Notes under the pieces: model-generated
Told to the model about the DNA's origin: nothing
Databases searched by the model: none
The model's input: the letters and a program-made list of their open reading frames with translations, nothing else
Virus record (IMG/VR): IMGVR_UViG_3300035686_000003
Coordinates: 1-64,000 of that record
Reading direction: 5' to 3' (one strand)
Source: a virus
Taxonomy: Duplodnaviria; Caudoviricetes
Length of the DNA stretch: 64,000 nt
Position numbers and translations under genes: made by a program
Shown: positions 28,588-37,122 of the stretch, piece by piece
Numbering within the stretch: the stretch's first letter is position 1
Layout: the number at the start of each line of letters is the position of its first letter

Positions 28588-28881
28588 TTAAGCTACTTCG
28601 ATAACCTCCCAATCATCCCACTCACAATCTTGGTACAGCAATTCAAACCAAGTCGTATCGCTGTCATCATTCGCCCAATCTAGGGTTATCTCCTCATCGA
28701 TAACGATCTGGTAATCCTCATACACATCGAACTCTGTAGAGTTAGCCTCTAGCCAAGCTATCACCCTCTCATGGTTGTAGACACCATCCTCCATGAACGC
28801 AGACACTTCATCGTCTCTCAGAACATACTTCACAGCCTTGCTCTCACCGTAAGACTCACCAATCACTTTTAGTTCAATCAT
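28588..28881 (-). CDS. Acidic hypothetical protein
   Basis: Very D/E-rich; motif upstream. Confidence 0.6.
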   Translation of the reverse strand: MIELKVIGESYGESKAVKYVLRDDEVSAFMEDGVYNHERVIAWLEANSTEFDVYEDYQIVIDEEITLDWANDDSDTTWFELLYQDCEWDDWEVIEVA

Positions 28882-28958
28882 TGTCTCTCTTGTTGCTGTA
28901 GTTTACTTCAGTAAGCGAAGCGGCTGTTTTCAGTGTGCGGTAGATGCGCCCTGTATCA

Positions 28959-29681
28959 TCATCTAGTCGTTATAGCCTCAAAATTCTTTAGTTTCCAGTC
29001 CAGACCGTGGACGTTGATCGTTATGTGTCGCTGATAATTGTCGCTACCGCTGCATAAGCGGCATGAGACACACTGAATCTCAGGGTTCATTGAATTAGGA
29101 CATTGGATTTCATTGACAAGCTTAGGACTAGTTATAGACCTCACGCGGAAGGTTGACCAACCACGACTAGCAGCAAGCCGAACATCCTCCTCAGTTTCGC
29201 ACGATGCCATTAGGAATAGGCTCCATCGAAGATCTAGTTTCCTCCATTGGTGCGTGTATCCTGTGTGATGTTCAAAGTATTCCAGTAGATTTTGCCACAC
29301 TTCGAGAGGTACTGCTGAGGGATCGCCATAAGCTGTAATCCTTAGCTTTGATCCCTTATCTCTTGCTCTATCGAGTACATCTTGAGTTATCGCAGGATAA
29401 ATGCCTCGCTGATATCCATGCCAAACCGTATTCATTGGCACTAGATTCACATAACATACAGATCGTTTTAGTGGACAGTCGCCGCAAATGCTGACATCAG
29501 ACTCATCTTTGATTGCTTCAGTGGGAGGCTGATTTTGAGTTAAGACGATAGCCTGAACCATAGCACCAGTTTTATCGTTTTTAGACTTTGTTTCTAAGCG
29601 AGTCAGGATTAGTACGATGGGTTGCCCGTCTAGTTGACTTTCGCCTTCGTAAGCTATCACACCATTGGGATACTTTGACAT
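28959..29681 (-). CDS. Cys-rich putative Fe-S/metal-binding phage protein (gp88-like/radical-SAM-like)
   Basis: N.KTG.MVQ, ICGDCP...CYV, LR..AYGDP, GYTHQW, CP..C..C.LC. Confidence 0.6.
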   Translation of the reverse strand: MSKYPNGVIAYEGESQLDGQPIVLILTRLETKSKNDKTGAMVQAIVLTQNQPPTEAIKDESDVSICGDCPLKRSVCYVNLVPMNTVWHGYQRGIYPAITQDVLDRARDKGSKLRITAYGDPSAVPLEVWQNLLEYFEHHTGYTHQWRKLDLRWSLFLMASCETEEDVRLAASRGWSTFRVRSITSPKLVNEIQCPNSMNPEIQCVSCRLCSGSDNYQRHITINVHGLDWKLKNFEAITTR

Positions 29682-29727
29682 TACTACTGCCTCAAATAGT
29701 TGGTTGATTTGTGTGGTAGATACACCC

Positions 29728-29802
29728 ATCAGTGATCAATGATCAGTAGACAGTTATCAGTTTTGATCACTGGTAACACCGTAGGTCTAACTGTTCACTG
29801 AT
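29728..29802. repeat. Palindromic heptamer element, second family (CAGTGAT/TTATCAG versus TGTTCAC/TGGTAAC)
   Basis: Ends ATCAGTGA / TCACTGAT; relatives at 33799-33871 and 35002-35034. Confidence 0.7.
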
Positions 29803-30111
29803 TCACTCCAACCCTTCAATTAACTCTCGTGCGATCACTCTCGACTGTTCACGAGTGCAGCGATAGGGGATTGATGATGAACTCCAGTAGCCACGGTGAT
29901 CTGTGTCGTAATCCGAAGATCCTGTTCTGAGTGCCCACCAACCATCATACACTTGAAGCCGAGAATCTACACCGATGAAATCTGAACCATACTCCTCTAA
30001 ATCCTGCGGTTTAAAGTTGTCTCGGAGATATTTGCTATGTTCGTAGATTTCATTAACCAACTCTACTACCGAAATATCTATTGATTTGTTGTCAGATAGT
30101 TGTACTTTCAT
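29803..30111 (-). CDS. Conserved phage protein
   Basis: D.RLQV....W...TG.SDYDTDHRGYW.SSSI. Confidence 0.65.
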   Translation of the reverse strand: MKVQLSDNKSIDISVVELVNEIYEHSKYLRDNFKPQDLEEYGSDFIGVDSRLQVYDGWWALRTGSSDYDTDHRGYWSSSSIPYRCTREQSRVIARELIEGLE

Positions 30112-30160
30112 TGTTTTCCTTGACTATTGGTTTCTGTGGTAGATGCACCCCACCTTACCC

Positions 30161-30547
30161 CTAAATCCAAGAGTTAGCTTGACTTTGACACTCAGCGAAT
30201 AACTTTGAGTAATTGTTGCCTGATTCCTGCCAAATTATCATGCCTCCCGAATATGACTGGATTGCTTCCACCTTATCTCTAACGCTTACTTCCTCAGCTT
30301 CATCCTCAATCCCACAACACGATAATGCAGCCTCTAGATCAGGATCGTCAATGCGAACTTCTGCCAAACTACAGTGATACTTTGGCTTCCCTTCGTTGTC
30401 TCTACCGCAAGCGTCATCCATATTCACCAATTCCTTAACTAGCCAATAATCCCTAGCACCATCGTAAAGTTTCTGTGAGATCCACTTGCCGCCATACTCA
30501 GACCAATTCACGTCACCTGTCAAGAATGAAAATCTAACTTTGCTCAT
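30161..30547 (-). CDS. Conserved phage protein
   Basis: FLTGDVNW.EYGGKW. Confidence 0.65.
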   Translation of the reverse strand: MSKVRFSFLTGDVNWSEYGGKWISQKLYDGARDYWLVKELVNMDDACGRDNEGKPKYHCSLAEVRIDDPDLEAALSCCGIEDEAEEVSVRDKVEAIQSYSGGMIIWQESGNNYSKLFAECQSQANSWI

Positions 30548-30588
30548 TGAAATACTCTTGTGTTGTTTCAAGGTTTGTTTGTGGAGTG

Positions 30589-30665
30589 TAGCTCTTAGCT
30601 GTTGGCTCTTAGCTATTAGCTTTCTATATTTGAGCTAACGGCTAATAGCTATTAGCTAACAGCTA
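30589..30665. repeat. Palindromic heptamer-repeat element (TTAGCTN family), no gene
   Basis: tagctcttagctgttggctcttagctattagcttt...atttgagctaacggctaatagctattagctaacagcta. Confidence 0.85.
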
Positions 30666-30669
30666 TCCT

Positions 30670-31044
30670 CTAGCTGAAATATAGGATGCCATCATCCCCT
30701 ACATAGATGTCAACATTGCCATAAACCTTTGCTGCCTCAGTTAACTGTCTGTCATACGGTTCAGGATAGTCTCCATCCCAAAATCCTGCACCGTGACCAC
30801 ACCGAGTCAGCCAAAAGTCGTGGAGGATTGTTTCTAGATCGTGACCTTGCTCAAGCAAATAGTTTATCGTCTCACTATTGCTACTTAAGAAATCCTCACA
30901 TTGGGAACGTTGCAACAGTGTTTCATCAGAATCAAAGTCGTCAATGTCGTACCCATCATACAGGGGACGCCCACCACTGTCCATTGATGTTGCCAGTGCT
31001 GTAACGAGATATGATGCGAATGCTTCATCAGTAACAATAGTCAT
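30670..31044 (-). CDS. Conserved acidic phage early protein
   Basis: HDFWLTRCGHGAGFWDG motif. Confidence 0.7.
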   Translation of the reverse strand: MTIVTDEAFASYLVTALATSMDSGGRPLYDGYDIDDFDSDETLLQRSQCEDFLSSNSETINYLLEQGHDLETILHDFWLTRCGHGAGFWDGDYPEPYDRQLTEAAKVYGNVDIYVGDDGILYFS

Positions 31045-31100
31045 TGGTAACTCTTATGTTGTGTTGATTGATTGGTTGCAGATGCGCCCCGATGTTAACT

Positions 31101-31841
31101 TTAGTCTTGCTCGTGTGTCCAGATTACGAAAGCATCATAGATTGCTTGTGCTGTATCTGGGTTGCAACGAATAGGACAAATGTTACCTAAATCTTTAACT
31201 TTCTCGTGGATGAAATCAGGAAATTCATAATCCTTGCCATCTTCCCAGCAAGCTATCTCGAAGTTGTTCAACGTCTTAGGGTTAGGTACTTTTAGAGTAA
31301 GTCCGGGCGGTTGAATTGACAAGGTGTAACTCACATCACCTTTAGTGAAGATGAACGGAGTATACCTCATGCCATTACCTATTGGCTCTAACACATCTTG
31401 GATGTCTACCATCTCATCGCTGTAGTCTCCATCTAGAGCCTTCAGCCATTCTTCATCATTGCTGCTAATCCCACCAGATGCGAGAATTTCAGCGATCTTT
31501 TGCATTCTGATGTTGCTTAAGCCGTCTATGTGCAGGCTATAGCGCTTCTCAATTCCTGTCAAATAATCGACATCACCATCAACCGATGAGAACCAAGTAT
31601 TAGAATTGATATGACTGCTACTCGGGTCATAGACGCCTAAGTTTATAGCATCATAAATACAATCATAAAGATCTCCCGGTTCTTCCCACTGCTCAACATC
31701 AGACTCTTGAATTTCTTCCGATGTCATTGAGCGATCCGTTAGGGGATAGCCGTTACTGTCACAGAATCCGCAATCCTCAAAGTCGCCCATAGATGCTGAC
31801 TCAGGACTAACTGTATCGTAAGTGAATCTAATCGAGATCAT
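31101..31841 (-). CDS. Acidic hypothetical protein
   Basis: TY..V.PESA..GD....GF motif; motif upstream. Confidence 0.65.
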   Translation of the reverse strand: MISIRFTYDTVSPESASMGDFEDCGFCDSNGYPLTDRSMTSEEIQESDVEQWEEPGDLYDCIYDAINLGVYDPSSSHINSNTWFSSVDGDVDYLTGIEKRYSLHIDGLSNIRMQKIAEILASGGISSNDEEWLKALDGDYSDEMVDIQDVLEPIGNGMRYTPFIFTKGDVSYTLSIQPPGLTLKVPNPKTLNNFEIACWEDGKDYEFPDFIHEKVKDLGNICPIRCNPDTAQAIYDAFVIWTHEQD

Positions 31842-31900
31842 TGTTCTTACCTCAAGTACTTAGTTTTACTTCGGTAGCTGCACCCGTCAACTATAGCTTT

Positions 31901-32149
31901 CTACCGTTTTACTTTTGTTTGCTTTGAATCTTCTACATATGTGGCATAGAGACTATTTCCTTCCATCCACAAACCTAGTTGATTCTCACGTAGTACACAA
32001 GCCAACAATGTTAGGAGAAACTTTTTCTCTTGTTCTTTTTCGCTATCATCCGTTGAAGGATAATTCTTGGCTAATTCTTCAGCTTTGCTTTTGTCAGCTT
32101 GAGCTAACTTTTGTACGTATGTGGCGAATGCTGTTGCTTGTGAAGTCAT
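31901..32149 (-). CDS. Hypothetical protein
   Basis: GAGG RBS. Confidence 0.5.
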   Translation of the reverse strand: MTSQATAFATYVQKLAQADKSKAEELAKNYPSTDDSEKEQEKKFLLTLLACVLRENQLGLWMEGNSLYATYVEDSKQTKVKR

Positions 32150-32215
32150 TGATTCTTCCTCTCTTGTTTACGTCAGTGTAACTTTTGCTCTCAGAGGTAG
32201 CAACTGTGAGTTTCT

Positions 32216-32434
32216 CTACAGGTGTCTGTATGCCTGAATTATCGATACGTTTTGTAGATCCGTCAAGTCGTGTACCTCTGCTTGTATTTCTTCAGCTTCA
32301 AAGATCTTCCCTGATGTATCTTCCACTGAATACCAATACTTACCTTCCTCTACTTGGTATTCGCCAGTGTACTTTCCAATAGTTGCGCCCGTTGAGCTTG
32401 TGTAGCTTTTGTTTGCTAGTCGTGCTGAAAACAT
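32216..32434 (-). CDS. Hypothetical protein
   Basis: AGGAGA RBS. Confidence 0.55.
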   Translation of the reverse strand: MFSARLANKSYTSSTGATIGKYTGEYQVEEGKYWYSVEDTSGKIFEAEEIQAEVHDLTDLQNVSIIQAYRHL

Positions 32435-32658
32435 GAGTGTAATCTCCTACAGACTTTTGGATGGTATAGGTGGTAACGATTGTGGGTTTAGCCTGTGTCA
32501 AAATGAGACTTCACAATGAGACATTAGTCTATGACCCCAATTTTGATGCCACAATCGCTACCTATCGTCAACTTCTGCCAAAACTTTTGCTGACAGAAGG
32601 GTTACGGAATACTGCCACAGTAAGTGTAGCGGCTGTACTCAGTAACAGCTGTTAGCCT

Positions 32659-33177
32659 TTAGCTATTGGTTGTTAGCTCAACTGTAACTTCCTTGCCTAG
32701 GTCGGTCAATTCAAAGTACATATCGTGATCTCTGCCTTTGCCCTCATAGTCTCCAATGATGACTAGTCCCTTTTTGACCAGGGAAGCGATCGCACCTCTA
32801 GCAACCTTTGGATCTAGCCGTGATGATTGAATCACTGCGAACACCCAAGGAGAATCATCTTCTACTGCATCACAGTAATCGTTTGTACGGCTAGCTTTGA
32901 GTAATGCTTTTTCGTTAGCTGTAAGGCTAGCTACAACACCGTCGCGTTTCAAGAGAATTTTCGCAGCACGATCACGCTTGAATTTTTCTATTGCGGCTTC
33001 TGCCTGAATGTTTGAGATCTCGTCAAAAGTCTTTCCAGCTAAGCCTATTGAATCATCATTATCCGATACATATTCGTCGGGAAGACTGAAAATCTCTGAT
33101 GCGTAATAGTCGCCCTGGTATTCGTACCCACCTAAGCAAATTAGGTCGTTAGTAAAGAATAGCTTAGTCGTTTTCAT
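32659..33177 (-). CDS. Protein with C-terminal winged-helix-like domain
   Basis: LTANEKALL...KVARGAIASLVKKGLVII...FELTDLGKE. Confidence 0.6.
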   Translation of the reverse strand: MKTTKLFFTNDLICLGGYEYQGDYYASEIFSLPDEYVSDNDDSIGLAGKTFDEISNIQAEAAIEKFKRDRAAKILLKRDGVVASLTANEKALLKASRTNDYCDAVEDDSPWVFAVIQSSRLDPKVARGAIASLVKKGLVIIGDYEGKGRDHDMYFELTDLGKEVTVELTTNS

Positions 33178-33234
33178 TGTTCCGTTCTCATTCGTTAACA
33201 ACATTTTGGCAGATGCAACCTTTGGCGACAATAG

Positions 33235-33432
33235 TTAGCGATCGCCCTCGAACTTTGCCACTAACTTATCGTAGTATTCTTGCGCCTCTTCCCCTTCATC
33301 GTCAATCCCAGAAGTCAGGATACCAGGGCGATAGTTGCTAGAGCTTAACACTCGATACTGCCATGATCTCATGCCGCTATGGTAATCCGAGCAATACCAA
33401 TATAAGCCAACAATTTTGTCGTACGTAGTCAT
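33235..33432 (-). CDS. Hypothetical protein
   Basis: YWYCSDYHSG..SWQY; GGAGG RBS. Confidence 0.6.
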   Translation of the reverse strand: MTTYDKIVGLYWYCSDYHSGMRSWQYRVLSSSNYRPGILTSGIDDEGEEAQEYYDKLVAKFEGDR

Positions 33433-33530
33433 TGCTTGTATCCTCCGAATACTTTAGTAACGATAGCTGCAATGGTAGCAACTAACTTGAATTTGGCAAC
33501 TGTGAGTAATGTTAGAAACACTTGATTTAC

Positions 33531-34043
33531 TTATCTCCCTAGAATCTTGCTGACATCAGTGATTAGAGCATAAGTGATCGCATCAAGGCACGTCCAAACA
33601 TTATCGTTGTCTCCTTCCCCTACAAACCAAGATGTAGTTGTTGCGATCGCACACCCTAGTTTAACCTTAGCGTACATCAATGCACTAGCCATATAGGGAA
33701 ATACAACTTTGATCGCCCCATAAGTTAACTTAAGTGTTACTATGGCTAACCCTAGAGTCATTATTAGGGCAAAGATGAGGCAATGAAGGAAGGTAAAATC
33801 AGTGGACAGTGAACAAGGATCAGTGATCAATTTCTCTTTACTGTTCACTGGTAACTGACAACTGATCACTGTATGTTGTCCCTCTAGAGGCAACAGTAGC
33901 AAACAATCGTTGACTATGGCGTCTCTAGTGCGACCCTTGCCACTCAGAGGGATCTTAGCCCCCGTAGTGTCCATGAGTACTTTGGCGATCGCAATAGCTT
34001 CCGTGCGTGTAGAGATTGCTTCAATGTCTGCGATAGTAAGCAT
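33531..34043 (-). CDS. Putative membrane protein with N-terminal LSGKGRT module
   Basis: N-domain shared with 35376; hydrophobic helix; in-frame heptamer insert. Confidence 0.55.
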   Translation of the reverse strand: MLTIADIEAISTRTEAIAIAKVLMDTTGAKIPLSGKGRTRDAIVNDCLLLLPLEGQHTVISCQLPVNSKEKLITDPCSLSTDFTFLHCLIFALIMTLGLAIVTLKLTYGAIKVVFPYMASALMYAKVKLGCAIATTTSWFVGEGDNDNVWTCLDAITYALITDVSKILGR

Positions 34044-34082
34044 TAGTTATTCCTTTGTTTGTAGTTGTAGCGAGAGTGGGAA

Positions 34083-35312
34083 TTAGTTAGCTGCAAGTGT
34101 CACTTCGTAGGATTCTTTGATCATCTGAGTGGCTTGACGTTCTAGTTGCTTCTGCTTTTTGATTTCTGCCCAGTTAGGACAATACTTATTGATGAAAGCA
34201 TCTTCATTCATAGTCTTGGTATAGGTTACCTCTACACCCTTCTCAGCTTCAAGACCTAACGCAGTAGCGATCGCGTTACGTAAGTGATCTTTGTCAATCC
34301 CTTTGCCGCCTATGTTGCCTTCATACTTGCCATTGAAGCGTAAAGCCTTACAGATCTTCTGCAATTCACGATAAGGCATAACCTTTACTTGCGCCCACGA
34401 TAGTCCCTCTGGCATAGCGAGAGCCACTTCTGTTGCAGGGGTAGAGCTAGATTTCTTGCGACCCTTAGTTGCTTTTGTGGGTTCTACGTAACCTTGGAAC
34501 AAGAGCATCCCTGCTAGTTGTGTTTTCAAGACTACAGTTGCAGCATTAGCACGAACATCTTTGAAATCTACAGGGTAGTTAGACTTTAAAGCTTTGAAAG
34601 CATCAACAGTTTTCTTACGATCCCACGATTGCAATTCCTCCAGGGACGCAACTGTAGGCATAGGTAGCTTAGGCGTAACTTTAGCTTGCTTTGGTGCTTT
34701 GGGAGTCTTAGGTTTGGAGGATGTAGTCTTAGCTAGAACAGTCGTTTCACTTGCTGACTTTTGTGAATCAGGTTTAACGGGTGTAGGTATGTCTACTTGA
34801 TCGATAAGTTCCCACTTAGATCCCTTCTCCAGGTAGACTCCATGAGTACGGATGAGGTATGCCCGTTCAACAAACCCTCGATAATTCTCTTTAGTAAAGA
34901 TCTCGAAGCTTCCATCCTCCCTAGTCATCTTGATTACTTTCACTGTTGACGGAGTTGCGATTGCCTTCGCAGTAGTGCCAGTCGCAACGATGGCAGGCTT
35001 GCTGACAACTGATAACTGTTCACTGGTAACTGATTCAGGGGTGTATTCTGCAACTAATGCTAGGTATGCGGGACTGTTCTTGAATTGTCCTAGGAGTTTC
35101 CAGATACGCTCGATTTTGTTACGGTGCGTGATTCCTGCTACCTCAAACTTATTCGCACTCGTAGGCTCAATCTCGTAGCAAGCGATCGCCAAAGCTACAT
35201 CAGGAATACAATCCGCCTTATCGAATCTCACATAGTCCTGGAGGAAGTCTTCTAGCAGTTCGGTGAACCGTACGTCGTTAGCAACTAAAGCGGCAACTGT
35301 TGGCTGTGTCAT
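34083..35312 (-). CDS. Lys/Thr-rich multidomain protein with helical (Rho-N/SAP-like) repeats
   Basis: 409 aa; YRELQKICKAL...IGGKG.DK..L resembles the module in neighbouring ORFs. Confidence 0.65.
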   Translation of the reverse strand: MTQPTVAALVANDVRFTELLEDFLQDYVRFDKADCIPDVALAIACYEIEPTSANKFEVAGITHRNKIERIWKLLGQFKNSPAYLALVAEYTPESVTSEQLSVVSKPAIVATGTTAKAIATPSTVKVIKMTREDGSFEIFTKENYRGFVERAYLIRTHGVYLEKGSKWELIDQVDIPTPVKPDSQKSASETTVLAKTTSSKPKTPKAPKQAKVTPKLPMPTVASLEELQSWDRKKTVDAFKALKSNYPVDFKDVRANAATVVLKTQLAGMLLFQGYVEPTKATKGRKKSSSTPATEVALAMPEGLSWAQVKVMPYRELQKICKALRFNGKYEGNIGGKGIDKDHLRNAIATALGLEAEKGVEVTYTKTMNEDAFINKYCPNWAEIKKQKQLERQATQMIKESYEVTLAAN

Positions 35313-35375
35313 TTGAAAATCCCTCTCTCGTTTACTTTTGTTGACTATAGTTAGCAGTAGATGTACCCGTCAAGA

Positions 35376-35720
35376 CTAGCTTACAAACATTAGCGAAAAA
35401 CAATCTTTGAAGACATTAGTAACTGTTGCTACTTTCTTGCCAATCTCCTCAAAGGTATCGATAATCACATCTCCTGTCTTGGTTTGTGTAACCGTTGGTA
35501 GTTGAGAACTTTGAAAGTTACACACGTCACAGGTCAGGGATGAAGATTGATAGTTGAGTGGTAATGCTGCATAACAGTCTGCTTTGATTACCTCAATGGT
35601 TCTACCCTTGCCTGAGAGCTTGATCACCATTCCACTAGATATAATGACCTCTTTCGCTACTGCTCTAACCTCTGCTATTGTCGTAGCTTCATCAATCATC
35701 GCCAGTAACTTAACTTCCAT
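35376..35720 (-). CDS. Hypothetical protein with LSGKGRT module (first gene of the leftward array)
   Basis: AGGAGA RBS; paralogous to the 33531 N-terminus. Confidence 0.6.
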   Translation of the reverse strand: MEVKLLAMIDEATTIAEVRAVAKEVIISSGMVIKLSGKGRTIEVIKADCYAALPLNYQSSSLTCDVCNFQSSQLPTVTQTKTGDVIIDTFEEIGKKVATVTNVFKDCFSLMFVS

Positions 35721-35898
35721 TGTCTAATCTCCTGTGATGTGTACGTCCGTCTACTGTAGCTAGCGATCGTAACTCTCGCAACCCCTGAAACCCTCGCTAG
35801 TTCTCGTTTTCCCCCGTGGGATCTCTACTATAGCAATGTAGTAAACCACCTGTAATGAGTATATATACTCAACTTTTCTGTAATATCTGTAGAGGAAG

Positions 35899-35926
35899 AT
35901 GATAGCACAAAAGATTTATATGTCAA
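35899..35926 (-). promoter_or_regulatory. Sigma70-type promoter for the leftward array
   Basis: TTGACA-16 nt-TATCAT with TG extension on the minus strand. Confidence 0.55.
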
Positions 35927-36100
35927 GGATAATTTTCGACTAGCTACGAGCAGAGAATAAGGGCAGGGGGCGGGTCACCTGAATCCCTACCGCACAACAA
36001 AAGCCGCAAAAGCAACACTTTAGCTGTGTTAGTAGACGACGGATTAGCATTAGTTGCGATAGAATTAGTTAAAGTAGTAAACAAAAGTTAGGAGAAGACA

Positions 36101-36466
36101 ATGAAAGGAAAGAGTAAGTTACCACAGGAATTGGCTGACCCCGAAAGAAACATTCGCAGCAATCGCCCACTACCGCAGCTGTGGAGGGAGAGAAATCCTT
36201 CTGCACGGCACCTGTATTATCCGAGTGATGTAGTGTGGAATTCCTATATCTCACAGGAAGACTATGACAAGAGATACGCCTCAGTCGTGTGGTGGTTAGA
36301 TCATCGGCTACAACTCTTCAATCCTTTGATGCCACAGCAACTATTGACACTCACCCGCCTCTGTAAGTTCATGGAAAAGGGAGAAGTCATTGAGGCAGAA
36401 GAATGTATCTCGTCACTGATCAAGTGGGAGGAAGTACGAGAAGAGTCATCGGTAGAAGCAAATTAA
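36101..36466 (+). CDS. Hypothetical protein
   Basis: AGGAGA RBS; hairpin after stop. Confidence 0.6.
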   Translation: MKGKSKLPQELADPERNIRSNRPLPQLWRERNPSARHLYYPSDVVWNSYISQEDYDKRYASVVWWLDHRLQLFNPLMPQQLLTLTRLCKFMEKGEVIEAEECISSLIKWEEVREESSVEAN

Positions 36467-36502
36467 TGCCCTGCAACAGAAAGCTACAGGGCAAAAGTTT
36501 AT

Positions 36503-36919
36503 CTACTTATCTTTGAGCTGAGGCAGTAGATGAGGGTAATAGGGGTTTAAAGACGCCGTATACCGTTGAATCAGGAATTGTATTGCCTCATCGTCATCCT
36601 TGAGATGGTAGAGGTAAGCAATCGCTTGCAACTGCTTGCGGGTGTTAGACGAAAGTTCCGGTGGTTCCTTCCACCCAGTTTCGCTACGCTCAAACACTAA
36701 CTCGCAAGAGTTAGTGGACGAACGAAGTGAGTTTTGTTTCACTTCAGGGGTGCATTCGCCACGAAGTAACACACGATTGAAGCAACAGTAGAAGTCAATG
36801 AGAAAGACTAGGGTTTCGTAATCATTGGCTTTGTGTTGTGCGAGCGCTATACCTTCGAGTTGTCCCTCGACTTTACCAAGAGCAATATCTCCTGGACATC
36901 GAATAGTTAAGTCAGTCAT
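36503..36919 (-). CDS. Hypothetical regulator-like protein
   Basis: C-terminus LQAIAYLYHLKDDDEAIQFLIQRY parallels 37109 LRAIAIAEGLKDEGDAVQMLIDLY. Confidence 0.55.
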   Translation of the reverse strand: MTDLTIRCPGDIALGKVEGQLEGIALAQHKANDYETLVFLIDFYCCFNRVLLRGECTPEVKQNSLRSSTNSCELVFERSETGWKEPPELSSNTRKQLQAIAYLYHLKDDDEAIQFLIQRYTASLNPYYPHLLPQLKDK

Positions 36920-37122
36920 TATTCCTCCAATTGATCTGCTAGTGCATTCAACTCATCGTACTCAGCCAACTTCTGTTTAGCCAAAGCTCGCAATCGTTGA
37001 GCTATGGTGAGTTCTTGCTGTGCTTGGTCGGACAGTTGTTGTAGGTGTGGGCGGATGTCGGATTTGGTGAGATGTAAAGCTCGTGCGTCCCATTGCAAGT
37101 TCTCATCATTAGTCTCGCTCAT
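36919..37122 (-). CDS. Small coiled-coil protein
   Basis: Coupled ORF. Confidence 0.5.
   Translation of the reverse strand: MSETNDENLQWDARALHLTKSDIRPHLQQLSDQAQQELTIAQRLRALAKQKLAEYDELNALADQLEE

Larger units (their letters stand above)
12934..35368 (-). promoter_or_regulatory. Dispersed start-associated motif GGGTGYATCTACC (plus strand GGTAGATRCACCC), about 20-22 copies
   Basis: Copies at 12934, 13518, 13856, 14620, 15262, 15634, 16790, 20868, 22429, 22692, 23803, 25053, 26361, 26838, 28939, 29715, 30138, 31078, 31873, 33208, 35357; same orientation, mostly 25-50 nt upstream of a start codon. Confidence 0.85.

Noticed and set aside
12934-35368. Integron cassette array or CRISPR
   Set aside because: Motif is 13 bp, lacks attC-type R/L palindromic structure, spacing is gene-sized, and no integrase or cas gene is seen
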